From the NCBI GenBank assembly GCA_001465015.1, contig LNEO01000113.1, forward strand, positions 736-64,735: DNA of 64,000 bases, read 5' to 3'. The notes beneath the pieces were generated by a model. It worked only from the letters and a program-made list of their open reading frames with translations, did no database searches and was not told the origin of the DNA. Numbering within the stretch: the first letter of the stretch is position 1; each line of letters begins with the position of its first letter. The position numbers and the translations under genes are program-made. Of this stretch, positions 47,939-57,883 are shown one piece after another. Source of the stretch: Deltaproteobacteria bacterium Ga0077539 (lineage in GTDB: Bacteria > Myxococcota_A > Polyangia > Polyangiales > Ga0077539).

Positions 47939-49075
47939 GTGCGATCGATCGCGGTGAAGCTTGCCCTCGTGCTCTCGGGCGTCGTGACGACTACAGTGCT
48001 CTGGACGCCGAACGCGCAAGCGCAGAGCGCGCAGCTCGTCGTGACGTTTCCGTTCGTCGGAAACGCCACCGAGGAGCTGCTCGATACGTCGTATCTCGCG
48101 GCGCGCGCCGCGCTCGCCGCGCGCGGAGCGACCGTGCCCGAACGGAGCACTGTGCGTGCTGCGCTGCCGGTGGCTCCGCCGACGGACACCGCCGGCATCG
48201 TGGCCTTCGGGCGCTCGATGGGCGGGACGCACGTCCTCACGGGTCGGGTCACGCCGCTCACTGGCCAGTACAACCTCGAGCTGCGCCTCTACGACGTGTC
48301 CAACTCTCGAACCGCGACGGTGAGCGAGAACGTCGGACTCCAGGAGGAGGGCGAGGTCATCGCGCAAATGGTCGCGCGGTTGTTTGTGCCTGGCGCGATG
48401 CAACCCTCGCCCGAAGAGCAAGCGCGCATCGACGCCGAGCGCCGGAGGCAAGAAGAAGAGCGCCGCGCCGCAGAAGAAGCGCGCCAACGCGAAGCAGAAG
48501 CGGCCCGCGAGCGCGAGCGACTCGCGCGCGAAGCAGAGCGACGTCGGCGCGCCGAGGCCGAGCTCGCGCGACAGGTCAACAATCGTTTCGCAGCGGGTGG
48601 GCTCGTGTCGGTGTCCCTCGTCGGTCAGGTCGGCGCGCGCGTGACGGCGCCGACGGGGACCCGTCCGCCCGGAGCGCCCATGCCCACGTCGCTGGCGGCG
48701 GGATTTCGCGCCGAGGGCAGCTACGCGATCGCGCCTCGGTGGGGCATCGAGCTCGGCGGAACGATCGGCGTCACCACGTCGCCGTCCGTCGCGCTGTTGT
48801 TCGCCCCGGTCGCGCGAGTGAACTTTCCCGTGCGTGGACCGCTGCCGTTGCGCGGTTCGGTTGGGCTCGCCGCAGGTCTCTACGCGAGCACGAGCGGCAA
48901 TCAGGTCGCTACGTTCTGGGGCGCGATCGATGGTCGCGTCGAGTACGACATCGTACCTGCGTTTACGCTCGTGGCGGGCGCTGTCGTGGACCTTGCGCCA
49001 GGAGCGCTCGTCAACGTCAGCGGTACGCTTGGTCTGCGGTTGCACTTCGGCGAGCCATCGCCGACGACGCCCTGA
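47939..49075 (+). CDS. Secreted hypothetical protein: alpha/beta N-domain, charged coiled coil, beta-barrel-like C-terminus
   Basis: Signal peptide ending AQA-Q; THVLTGRV...YNLELRLYDV (CsgG/TolB_N-like); E/R-rich helix; alternating amphipathic strands ending LGLRLHF. Confidence 0.72.
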   Translation: MRSIAVKLALVLSGVVTTTVLWTPNAQAQSAQLVVTFPFVGNATEELLDTSYLAARAALAARGATVPERSTVRAALPVAPPTDTAGIVAFGRSMGGTHVLTGRVTPLTGQYNLELRLYDVSNSRTATVSENVGLQEEGEVIAQMVARLFVPGAMQPSPEEQARIDAERRRQEEERRAAEEARQREAEAARERERLAREAERRRRAEAELARQVNNRFAAGGLVSVSLVGQVGARVTAPTGTRPPGAPMPTSLAAGFRAEGSYAIAPRWGIELGGTIGVTTSPSVALLFAPVARVNFPVRGPLPLRGSVGLAAGLYASTSGNQVATFWGAIDGRVEYDIVPAFTLVAGAVVDLAPGALVNVSGTLGLRLHFGEPSPTTP

Positions 49076-49089
49076 TACCGTTCGGAATC

Positions 49090-50307
49090 GTGAGCCGAAC
49101 GTGGGTACTTTGCGCGCTCCTGGTGGCGAGCGCGCCAGCGTGCGAGACCGCTGTTCGCCTGGGAAACACCGGGCCAAACGTCACCGCGTCTTCCGGTGGC
49201 ACCCCATCGCCCGCGCGTTGCGAATACACCGTGCGCGAGCTCCCCGCGGAGACCGAGCGCGTCTCGACGGTGCGACCCGATCAGGCGCGGCGATGGCTGA
49301 CGGACTCGTCCTTCATCGAGCGCGAACAGTGCCCCGCGCAGCTCGCGAGGATCGTGGTCGAGTTCGCAGATGGCGACGTCATTCCCAGTGAAAACGATGT
49401 CCGATCCGCGCTGCGCGCCGTCGTGCGAGCGCCGAACAACGGCCCGGACTCGGTCGCGTGGGACATTCAGCACGACGGTCACCACGTGCGCGCGCACATC
49501 CTCACCACCCTCCTCGCTCGCCGCGGGTGGAACGCGCACAAGCTCTTCGTCATCGGAGAGCTCGCCCCGCGCGACGTCGATCAACGCTATCTCCGCCGCG
49601 GCGGAATGCTCTTCGACGGGCAAACCACGCCGGATCCGCGTCAGGCTCGTCGGTGGCTCTGGCACGTCGCGCCGCTCATCGTCGTGCGCGTCGACGGCCG
49701 CGCGGCTGCGAGCTTCGCGTGCCCCGACGACCGTGAACAGCGCTGCGCGCTGCGCGTGCTCGACCCGAGCATCCGCGCCGGGCGAGCGACGGCGACGACC
49801 GATGATGCGATGGGGCTGTTTCTGTTGAGCGACTGGCTTCGCGCGCTGAGACCGCAAGAGAGCGACGCGCGACAGGGCCTCTCGCTCGAGCTCGCGAGGC
49901 GCTCGCAGATGCTCCCTCGCTCGGTTCACGGCGGATCGAGCGCCACGGTGAGCGAGCTGGTCGTCACCGAGTCCGAGCAGTGCCCCATCGGCGCCGACGC
50001 GCTCGCTTCGCGGCGCAGCGCCCTGCGCGCGAGCCGCCACGGCGACGCGCAGGCCGCCTATCGCGCCGTGCTCTCTGTGCGCCCCGCGAGCGCCGAAGCG
50101 CCAGCGATGGTCGAGCTCGAGGGGATCAACGAGACGCTCATCGTGCGCGATGCTTCGATGCTCGCGAGCCTCGAGCAAGCGCGCTCGAGCGGATCGCTCG
50201 CATCCGTCACGTACGCCGACGCCACGAGCGAGGTGCGCACCGTTCGCGTCGAGAGCAGCACCGCGCCGAGCGCGTGCCTTCGCGCTGCGATTTCGCTCGG
50301 CGATTGA
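49090..50307 (+). CDS. Lipoprotein with a protein-glutaminase-like domain, catalytic Cys replaced by His
   Basis: Lipobox ASAPAC; DGHHVRAH..L, KLFVIGEL, WLWHVAP and VLDPSI align with protein glutaminase DGCYARAH, K.FVYG.L, WSYHVA and IIDPSL. Confidence 0.75.
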   Translation: MSRTWVLCALLVASAPACETAVRLGNTGPNVTASSGGTPSPARCEYTVRELPAETERVSTVRPDQARRWLTDSSFIEREQCPAQLARIVVEFADGDVIPSENDVRSALRAVVRAPNNGPDSVAWDIQHDGHHVRAHILTTLLARRGWNAHKLFVIGELAPRDVDQRYLRRGGMLFDGQTTPDPRQARRWLWHVAPLIVVRVDGRAAASFACPDDREQRCALRVLDPSIRAGRATATTDDAMGLFLLSDWLRALRPQESDARQGLSLELARRSQMLPRSVHGGSSATVSELVVTESEQCPIGADALASRRSALRASRHGDAQAAYRAVLSVRPASAEAPAMVELEGINETLIVRDASMLASLEQARSSGSLASVTYADATSEVRTVRVESSTAPSACLRAAISLGD

Positions 50308-50321
50308 TCGAGCGCTGTCGC

Positions 50322-52478
50322 TTACGGCGCGCCTGCGTCGCCGCTCGGTCTCGCCGCGCTCGGCGCGAGTCGCCGATCGAGGTCCCACGCCACGTGGTAC
50401 TCGTTGTAATAGAGCATGTCCGTTTGAATCGTGCTCCGCAGGTGACCGATCGCGGCGGAGCGATCGTTCGCGATCAGCCCGTGAAGCGCCTCGTAGAAGT
50501 GCGCTTCTGCACGCTGTCCGGCGCTCGTCGCGTGCGACGCGAGCTGCTCGAACGTGAGCACTCCCGCCGCGCGTTGCGCGAGCCTTGCGGTCCACGGCGA
50601 TCGCTCGCCAGCTTGCGTCGCGATGGTGCGAAGCGCCGCGAGCGCGGCCTCGTCCTCCGCGCCCGCGAGCTTCGAGCTTGCCCAGCCCCACAGCGCGAAG
50701 TACGTCTCCCAGTTGCGATCGAGCGTGAGCCTGCCGCGCGCAGCGCGCGCGACGCGCGCGGCGTCTGCCCAACGCTCTCGGCTCATGAAGAACACGACGG
50801 CGCTGGTCGCCACGGCGCGGTCGTCCGGCGCTGCGGCGAGCGCTTGATCCCAGCTCTCCTTGGCGACTTCCGCGCGGCCGAGCCCGTCCGCCGCGAGGGC
50901 GTGCTGCATCAGCGCGCGGGCCTTTCGATCTCCTTCGAGCGAACGCGCGAGGGCAGCGAAGGCGGCTTCGGCCTGCGTGTAGAGCGCGGTCGCCGCGGCG
51001 CCGTTCACCAACTCGAGCGCCTGCGCGCGGCGCAGCTGCAAGAGCGGGAGCACCTCGCTGCTGCTCTCGTCGGACGCCACCGGGAGCCTGCTCGCTTGTT
51101 CGAGGATCGTGTCGGCGCGACGACCATCGCCTCGTCGCCAGGCGATTTCTGCGCGAAGCATCAGCGCGCCCCGCGGAGGTCGGGCGGCGCGCGCGGCGCG
51201 TTCGAGCAGCTCTTCCGCGGCGCTCAAGCGCGCAGCGCCGACTTCGAAGTGGGCCGCAGCGAGGTCGATGTCTGCCTCGTCGAGCGGCGCGGCGCGGCCC
51301 GAGAACCGTCGAGACCATTCGGCGCTGAGCGCGCGTAGCTGCGCGATCGCGGCCCGTCCTGCGTCGGTGTTCTCCGAGCTCACGTCGGTCTCGAGCCAGC
51401 GCGCGGTGGCTGCGATGGCGCGGCCGAGCTGCTCGGGATCGTCGGGGCGCAGTCGCGCGGCCGCCTCGTGGTGCATCGCGCACAGGCCGTGCTCTTCGTC
51501 GCGGTCTGCCGCGACCGCGAGGCACGCCGCGAAGCGCGGGTCGTCACGAAAGAGGCGACGCCCGGCGCGGCACACGCCCGCCATGGCAGTGTTGTCCACG
51601 CGTTCGAGCTGCTGGGCGAGGGCGATGTATCCCTCGGCCGAGCCGTCCGCGATGACCGCGTTGAGCACCGCGGCGAGCCCGCGACTTCCAGAGCCTGTCA
51701 TCTCTTCGGTGTGCTGCGCGGCGCCAGCCACGTCGCCGATTCGGAGATGGAGAATGGTTACGTCGATGATCGGGCGCTCGACGGCGCGCCGAAGTGGAAC
51801 GAGCTCGTCCGGTGTTCGGGGCTCTGGCGTGGGCCGAGTGATTTCGCGAAGCGCTTCGGCGCGGCGCTGCTGCGAGTGCTCGCGCGAGCGATCGACGAGC
51901 GAGCGCTCAGGGAGGATCCTCGCGACTTCGCGGAAGATTTCGGACATCTCCGCGTGAAACACCCATGGAGATCGATATTCGCGTCGGTTGGACTCTCCCC
52001 AGCGGAGGACCTCTTGGAATCGATCCGACGCGTCGCGGTCCGGCGTTCGGAGCAGGGTGAGCACCCGGTTTGCCGCCAGGACGCGGGGCTCGTCGCCGCG
52101 GGGGCTCGCCAGCTCGAGCAGCCCTCGCGCGAGCGGCGCGAGCGCGTCGGGGAGCTGGCCGCTGCGCAGCTCGTCAGGCGTGTAGTGCACGAGGGCGCCG
52201 TGCATCGCGTTGACGGCGCGATCGTAGTCGCCGGCTCCCAAGCGCTCGATGCCTCGCGTCGCCCAGTGACCGGCGATCGCGTCCCGCAACGGACGATTTC
52301 CGGCCGTCGCCTGCTCCTCGTCCATCCTTCGCACGAGCGCGGCGAAATTCGCTCCAGTGACCGCGGTGGGGGCGGCGGTCCGCTCGTTGTCAGGGAGCGT
52401 CGAGCGCCCTTGAACCGGCGGGCGGCACGCCGAAACACTCACCGCCAGCGCGAGTAGCAGTCCAGACTCGAATCGCAT
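50322..52478 (-). CDS. TPR-repeat lipoprotein, 718 aa
   Basis: Lipobox AVSVSAC; helical repeats; NlpI-like C-terminal EAHFYEAL...YNEYHVA. Confidence 0.8.
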   Translation of the reverse strand: MRFESGLLLALAVSVSACRPPVQGRSTLPDNERTAAPTAVTGANFAALVRRMDEEQATAGNRPLRDAIAGHWATRGIERLGAGDYDRAVNAMHGALVHYTPDELRSGQLPDALAPLARGLLELASPRGDEPRVLAANRVLTLLRTPDRDASDRFQEVLRWGESNRREYRSPWVFHAEMSEIFREVARILPERSLVDRSREHSQQRRAEALREITRPTPEPRTPDELVPLRRAVERPIIDVTILHLRIGDVAGAAQHTEEMTGSGSRGLAAVLNAVIADGSAEGYIALAQQLERVDNTAMAGVCRAGRRLFRDDPRFAACLAVAADRDEEHGLCAMHHEAAARLRPDDPEQLGRAIAATARWLETDVSSENTDAGRAAIAQLRALSAEWSRRFSGRAAPLDEADIDLAAAHFEVGAARLSAAEELLERAARAARPPRGALMLRAEIAWRRGDGRRADTILEQASRLPVASDESSSEVLPLLQLRRAQALELVNGAAATALYTQAEAAFAALARSLEGDRKARALMQHALAADGLGRAEVAKESWDQALAAAPDDRAVATSAVVFFMSRERWADAARVARAARGRLTLDRNWETYFALWGWASSKLAGAEDEAALAALRTIATQAGERSPWTARLAQRAAGVLTFEQLASHATSAGQRAEAHFYEALHGLIANDRSAAIGHLRSTIQTDMLYYNEYHVAWDLDRRLAPSAARPSGDAGAP

Positions 52479-52612
52479 CAGCGCCCGAACGCTACCGCAC
52501 GAACTCGCTCTGTGCTCGCCCCATTCGCGCTCGCCCCGAAAGCACGTAACGCTCGGTTGTGGCTCGCAGCGGCACCCCTATTCTCGGTATGCTGCTCTCG
52601 CCTGAGCTTTCG

Positions 52613-55600
52613 ATGACAGAGACGACGCTTCTGTTCGGCAAATACAAGCTGCTCGAGCTTATCGCTCGCGGCGGCATGGCCGAGGTATTCAAGGCGAAGA
52701 GCTTTGGCGCCGACGGCTTCGAGAAGGTCGTCGTCATCAAGCGAATCCTTCCTGAGTTGGCTCAGAACCAGCAGTTCGTCGAGATGGCGATCAACGAGGC
52801 CAAGCTCGCCGTCGCGCTGTCCCACGCGAACATCGTGCAGGTCTTCGACCTCGGCCGCGAGGAGGACACCTACTTCATCGTGATGGAGTACGTGCACGGG
52901 ATGGATTTCGCCGACGCGCTGAGGCGTTCGCGAAAGCGTGGCGAGCGAGCGCCAGTCGAGCTGTGCGTCTACACGTGCTCCGAGACCGCCCGCGCGCTCG
53001 ACTACGCGCACCGACGACGCGACGCGCAGCTCCGTCCGCTCAACATCGTTCACCGGGATATCTCGCCACAGAACCTCCTTCTCTCGTTCGAGGGCGAGGT
53101 GAAGGTCACTGACTTCGGCATCGCCAAGGCGCGAACGTCGATCGAAGAGGCCGGCACCATCAAGGGCAAGTACGCGTACATGGCCCCCGAGCAGGCCAAG
53201 GGGCAGCCCGTCGACGCGCGGGCCGACGTGTTCGCGCTCGGCGTGGTCCTCTACGAATCGCTCATCGGAAAGAACCCGTTTCAAGAGCGCACCGCGTACG
53301 AGACGTTGCGCAGGGTGCAGGCGGGCGAGAAGGTTCCTCTCGCGATCGCGTGGCCCGAGTGCCCCGAAGAGCTGGCGCGCATCGTCGAGAAGGCGATGCA
53401 CCCAGACCGCGAGAAGCGCCACGCTTCTGCCGCAAAGCTCTATGAAGACCTCGCGGGATTTCTCTACTCGTCGCGAAAGCGCGTGACCTCGCACGACATG
53501 GCCGAGTGGCTCGAGCGCCTTCGCGACGACGCCGGCCAGACCAACGAAGCTGATCGCGTGCGAGACGCGCTCGAGGACGCTGGGCGATCGAGCGTTCGAA
53601 CCCCCGTCGAGATCCCGGCGAGCAGCTCGAGACCGGGACCGAGCACCAGCACCGGACGTGGGCGAACGTCGCTCGAGCGCCGAGACGCGACGCTCTTGTG
53701 CGCGGATTTTCCTGCGCACGTTGCGAAGTTGACCGAGCCGCTCGCCGCGATCGCCACGCGGTACGGAGGCGAGGTGGTCGCGCACGACGACGAGCACACC
53801 GTGTGGCTCTTCGGCGCGAGCGCGACCGATGGCCGCGACACCGAGGCCGCCGCGCGCGCCGCTCTCAAGCTGCGGCAAACGCTCGCTCGCGATCCGCGGC
53901 TCGCGGACGTGGGCGTCGGCTTGCACGCGGCGCGCATCCATGTGCGCCTCGACGGAACGATCGAGCGCGACCAGTGGTACACGAGCGCGCTCGCAGTCGT
54001 GCGTGACCTCGCACGCGCCGCGCCGTCGAAGGTGTACGCCAGCGAACCCGTAGGGCGAATCCTCGGCGACACGTTCGTGCTCGACGCCATTCGCACCCGC
54101 GAGCCGGGGCTCGAGCGCGTCGCTGGCACGACGCTGCTGCTCGGCCCAGCTCGCTCGGCGCACGAGGGCGCGAGGCGCAAGTTCGTCGGCCGCAAAGAGC
54201 CCTTTCGAAAGATGGGAGACCTCTTCGCGCGCGCCGGTCGGCACGGCGTGCACGCGATCGCCGTCGTCGCGGAGCCCGGCGTGGGCAAGACGCGCTTTCT
54301 CGGAGAGGTCGAGTATCGGCTCCGCCGCATGAATCACCCGATGAACTGGTATTCGGCGGTGTGTCTTCCGTCAGACCGAGAGGTTCCCGGCGCCGCGGTC
54401 GCGGGCATCTTTCGGGCGATCCTCGCCATCGACGAGACCGACCTCGAGAGCGTCGTCCGCGAGAGGACCGGTCGGCTTCGCGAGCTCGGGCTCAACCCGG
54501 ACGAGATGGCCGCGGTTTCTCGGGTGCTCGGACTGTCGCTCGAGCAAGAGCCGGCCGCTGCCGGTCGCCCGTTGCGCAGCGCGCTCATGCGCGTGGCTGC
54601 GTCGCTCGCTCGCGATCGCCTCACCATCCTCATGTGGGACAGCGCCGAGCACATGGACGACGAGTCCCAGGCGCTCGTGGACGAGCTCGTGCGCAACGCA
54701 GGCAGGGCGCGGCTGGTCGTCGTCGTCGCCTGTCGCGCTGGCTTCGTCTACGCGTGGAAGGACGCGCCGGCGGTCTCCGAAATCGTGCTCGGGCCCCTCA
54801 CCGACGAGGACATGCGCTCGCTGATCGCGCTTCGGCTCGGCGTCGCAGAGAACATCCTGCCCCGTGAGCTCGTCGAGGAAGTCGCCGCCAAGAGCTCGGG
54901 CAATCCGCTGTTCATCGAAGAGCACCTGCGCTCGCTCGTCGACGCGGGCGCCGTCGAAGTGCGGGATCAGACCGTCGCGTTTCGTCGCTCGGTCGCTGAG
55001 GTCGAGGTGCCCAAGACGCTTCGCGGTCTCGTGAGCGCCGAGATCGCCAGGCTCACGCAAGCCCAGCGAACGCTCTTGCAAGTCGCCAGCGTGCTCGGTC
55101 CGCGCTGGTCCGAAGAGCTCCTCGCGGAGACCTCTGCGATTCCCCCGTCCGAGCTCATCGAGACGCTTCGCTCGCTCGTCGCTCGAGGCTCGCTCGCTGT
55201 CTTCGGAGGCGAGTACGCGTTTGCTCACGAGATGCGGCGCGAAGTCGTCTACGAGAGCCTCGCGCTCGAGACGCGCCGAGAGCTGCACGCCACGGTGGCC
55301 GCGGTCGTCGAGCGGCTCTATGCCGATCGGCTCGACGAGATGAGCGAGCGCCTCGCCCTTCACTATCGCGAGTGCAACGACCGCGCGAAGGCGATTCACT
55401 ACCTCGAACGCGCCGGGCGCAAGCGCCACGCAGAGCGAGCGTTCGCCGCGGCTGCGGTGCACTTCGCGCGCGCCGTCGAGCTTGCGCAGGCCGCGCCGCG
55501 ACCGGACACCGACCACGTTCTCGGGTTGTACGCGCAGCTCGCGGAGTCCGCGGTCGAGGGCGGGCACGCCCCTTCGATCGAGCGCCTCAAGCTTGGCCTT

Positions 55601-56539
55601 CAGTACGCTGAAGAGCTCGGCGATCGACTCGCGACCCAGCGGCTGTTGCTCTTGCTCGGGCGACTGCTGTTCGTCGTCAATCGGTTTCGAGACGCCATCG
55701 CGCACCTCGACCGCGCTCGCTCGCTCGTCGATCGCGACCGCGATCGCCAGACCCTCTTCGAAGTCACGAGCACGATCGGTCACGTCTACGCACGCAACGG
55801 CGAGTTTGGTCGAGCGCAGGGGCTGCTCGCAGAGGCCGTCGCGCTCGTCGACGATCGAGGCGACAGCAAGGCGCTCGGCGCGGCGCTGCTCGCGCTGGCT
55901 CGTTGCCAGGGATCCGCTGGAGACACCGACCGCGCGGAGGCGACCCTCGAGCGGGCTCGCGGCGTCGCCGATCGCCTCGGAGACACCGCGCTCAAGACCG
56001 ACGCGCTGAAGACCTCGGCGCTGATCTGGTATCACGCGCGGGATTTCGAGCGCGCCGCGGTCGAGTCCGAGCGCGCGCTCGAGATGGCGCGCGAGTTCGA
56101 TCTTCCCTACGAGATCGCGGTCAACTCCCACAACGCCGGCGACGCGTGGATGCGCCTGGGTGACTACCGCAAGGCGTTTACAAACCTTCGGATCTCGCAG
56201 TCGGTCTCGCTCGAGCACGGCTTCGACAAGATGCTCAACATCAATGACACGGTGTTGGCCTTCGTCGACGCGGTGGGCTTCGGCAGCGAAGAAGCGCGCG
56301 GCCGCATCGAAGCGACACTCGCCTACTCCGATGCGCACGGGTACAAGTGGGACGCGCTCCACGCGCGGTTCTTGCTCGGCGTGCTCGCGCGCGAGCGAGG
56401 CGAGGTCGATACCGCGAGGCAGCAGATCCGCGAGGCGCTCACGCTCGCACAAGAGCTCGACAATCACCTCTACATCGAGGATTGCCAGCGATTGCTGCGG
56501 GAGATGACGAGCGTCCCGCCTCCGCCCCCAAAGCGCTGA
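52613..56539 (+). CDS. Ser/Thr kinase - degenerate nucleotide cyclase - STAND-type ATPase - TPR fusion
   Basis: ARGGMAEVF, HRDISPQN, DFGIAK, GKYAYMAPE; cyclase-like RRDATLLCADF..YGG..LFG; FVGR, EPGVGKT, LMWD, GNPLFIEE, FAHEMRREVVY; C-terminal TPRs. Confidence 0.92.
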   Translation: MTETTLLFGKYKLLELIARGGMAEVFKAKSFGADGFEKVVVIKRILPELAQNQQFVEMAINEAKLAVALSHANIVQVFDLGREEDTYFIVMEYVHGMDFADALRRSRKRGERAPVELCVYTCSETARALDYAHRRRDAQLRPLNIVHRDISPQNLLLSFEGEVKVTDFGIAKARTSIEEAGTIKGKYAYMAPEQAKGQPVDARADVFALGVVLYESLIGKNPFQERTAYETLRRVQAGEKVPLAIAWPECPEELARIVEKAMHPDREKRHASAAKLYEDLAGFLYSSRKRVTSHDMAEWLERLRDDAGQTNEADRVRDALEDAGRSSVRTPVEIPASSSRPGPSTSTGRGRTSLERRDATLLCADFPAHVAKLTEPLAAIATRYGGEVVAHDDEHTVWLFGASATDGRDTEAAARAALKLRQTLARDPRLADVGVGLHAARIHVRLDGTIERDQWYTSALAVVRDLARAAPSKVYASEPVGRILGDTFVLDAIRTREPGLERVAGTTLLLGPARSAHEGARRKFVGRKEPFRKMGDLFARAGRHGVHAIAVVAEPGVGKTRFLGEVEYRLRRMNHPMNWYSAVCLPSDREVPGAAVAGIFRAILAIDETDLESVVRERTGRLRELGLNPDEMAAVSRVLGLSLEQEPAAAGRPLRSALMRVAASLARDRLTILMWDSAEHMDDESQALVDELVRNAGRARLVVVVACRAGFVYAWKDAPAVSEIVLGPLTDEDMRSLIALRLGVAENILPRELVEEVAAKSSGNPLFIEEHLRSLVDAGAVEVRDQTVAFRRSVAEVEVPKTLRGLVSAEIARLTQAQRTLLQVASVLGPRWSEELLAETSAIPPSELIETLRSLVARGSLAVFGGEYAFAHEMRREVVYESLALETRRELHATVAAVVERLYADRLDEMSERLALHYRECNDRAKAIHYLERAGRKRHAERAFAAAAVHFARAVELAQAAPRPDTDHVLGLYAQLAESAVEGGHAPSIERLKLGLQYAEELGDRLATQRLLLLLGRLLFVVNRFRDAIAHLDRARSLVDRDRDRQTLFEVTSTIGHVYARNGEFGRAQGLLAEAVALVDDRGDSKALGAALLALARCQGSAGDTDRAEATLERARGVADRLGDTALKTDALKTSALIWYHARDFERAAVESERALEMAREFDLPYEIAVNSHNAGDAWMRLGDYRKAFTNLRISQSVSLEHGFDKMLNINDTVLAFVDAVGFGSEEARGRIEATLAYSDAHGYKWDALHARFLLGVLARERGEVDTARQQIREALTLAQELDNHLYIEDCQRLLREMTSVPPPPPKR

Positions 56540-56545
56540 GCGCGC

Positions 56546-57016
56546 TCAGCGATCGGCGCCGGACGGCGTTTCAGCGTTGGGCGCTGCCGCTCCGCCTTCG
56601 GCCGACTCGGCCGCCGCGGGTGCTGCGTCCGACGCGGGCTCCGCGGTCGGAGCGCTGCTGCTGGTGTTCGATGCGCTCGCGCTGCCGCTGTCGGCCGCCG
56701 CGCTCGCGTCTGCTGCGCCACCGTCGCTACGGCCGCCGACGGTGACCGTCGTCGACGCCGGGTCGCTCGCGGCCAGGCCGCGGTCGCGGGTCGAGCTGGC
56801 GAGATAGCCGAGCGTCGCGCAGGTGAACATGAACATGAACGCGACGATGCTCGTGAGGTTTTGCAGGAAGTTCCCCGCGCCTCGACCGCCGAACACCTGC
56901 TGCGACGCCGCGCCCGAGAGCACTCCCATTCCGCCCGATCGCCCGCTCTGCAGCAGCACGACGGCGATCAAGAACAGGCAGAGAATGACATGAATAATCG
57001 TGAGGAACGTGGTCAT
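56546..57016 (-). CDS. secG: Preprotein translocase subunit SecG with a low-complexity tail
   Basis: IHVILCLFLIAVVLLQSGRSGGMG...FGGRGAGNFLQNLT; directly downstream of tpiA. Confidence 0.95.
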   Translation of the reverse strand: MTTFLTIIHVILCLFLIAVVLLQSGRSGGMGVLSGAASQQVFGGRGAGNFLQNLTSIVAFMFMFTCATLGYLASSTRDRGLAASDPASTTVTVGGRSDGGAADASAAADSGSASASNTSSSAPTAEPASDAAPAAAESAEGGAAAPNAETPSGADR

Positions 57017-57063
57017 CGCGGAGACGTCACCCGCGCGTCGCGTAGCGGCAGCGCGGTTCCATA

Positions 57064-57119
57064 GGGAGGGATTTGGGGGGTTGAAGGGGGACGGGAGGGT
57101 CGCGGGGTTTCGGGCAGGG
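57064..57119. other. G-tract cluster (C-rich on the transcribed strand) in the tpiA-secG spacer
   Basis: GGGAGGGATTTGGGGGGTTGAAGGGGGACGGGAGGGTCGCGGGGTTTCGGGCAGGG: nine runs of 3 or more G in 56 nt. Confidence 0.8.
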
Positions 57120-57121
57120 AG

Positions 57122-57883
57122 TCAACCCGCGGCGCGAATGATCCTTCCAAATCCTTCAGCGTCAAGCGAGGCGCCACCCACGAGGGCGCCGTCGATGTCG
57201 GGCTGCGCGAGGAGCTCTGCAGCGTTGTCCGCCTTTACAGAGCCGCCGTACAAAATTCGCAGGGTGTCGCCGCCGTCGCCGAGCTTGTTCTTCGCGCGAT
57301 CCCTCAGAAACGCGTGCGCGAGCTGGGCGTCCGAGGCCTTCGCGGTCTTGCCGGTCCCGATCGCCCACACCGGCTCGTACGCCACGACCGTGGTCGCGAG
57401 CGCCTTTTCGTCGAGAACCGCGAGCATCGCGTCGAGCTGACGTCCGATGACGTCGAACGTGATCCCCGCCTCGCGCTCGCTCAACGTCTCACCGACGCAC
57501 ACGATCGGAACGAGCCCCGCTGCCCTCGCGGCGCGCGTCTTCTTCGCGACGCCGTCGTCGGTCTCGCCGAACAGCTGTCGGCGCTCGGAGTGTCCGATGA
57601 TCACGAATCGACAGCCGACGTCGACGAGCATCGCCGCGCTCACCTCGCCGGTGAACGCGCCTTGCGCCTCCCAGTGGAGGTTCTGCGCAGAGAGGGCGAC
57701 GGCCGTTCCCTCGAGCGCGGCGCGCACCGACGAGAGCGCCGTGAAAACGGGGGCCACGACGACGTCGGTCCTCGGTCCGATGCGGGTGTCTGCGATCGCC
57801 CGCGCGAGCGCGACGCTCTCGGACACGGTCTTGTGCATCTTCCAGTTGCCCGCGATGAGCGGTCGACGGTTGGGATGGGTCAC
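57122..57883 (-). CDS. tpiA: Triosephosphate isomerase
   Basis: IAGNWKM, GAFTGEVS, IGHSERR, AYEPVWAIGTG, LYGGSVK, DGALVGGASL. Confidence 0.98.
   Translation of the reverse strand: MTHPNRRPLIAGNWKMHKTVSESVALARAIADTRIGPRTDVVVAPVFTALSSVRAALEGTAVALSAQNLHWEAQGAFTGEVSAAMLVDVGCRFVIIGHSERRQLFGETDDGVAKKTRAARAAGLVPIVCVGETLSEREAGITFDVIGRQLDAMLAVLDEKALATTVVAYEPVWAIGTGKTAKASDAQLAHAFLRDRAKNKLGDGGDTLRILYGGSVKADNAAELLAQPDIDGALVGGASLDAEGFGRIIRAAG

Noticed and set aside
56400-56546. tRNA-Leu often found downstream of secG
   Set aside because: No room and no cloverleaf or T-loop motif; the convergent gene ends 6 nt away.
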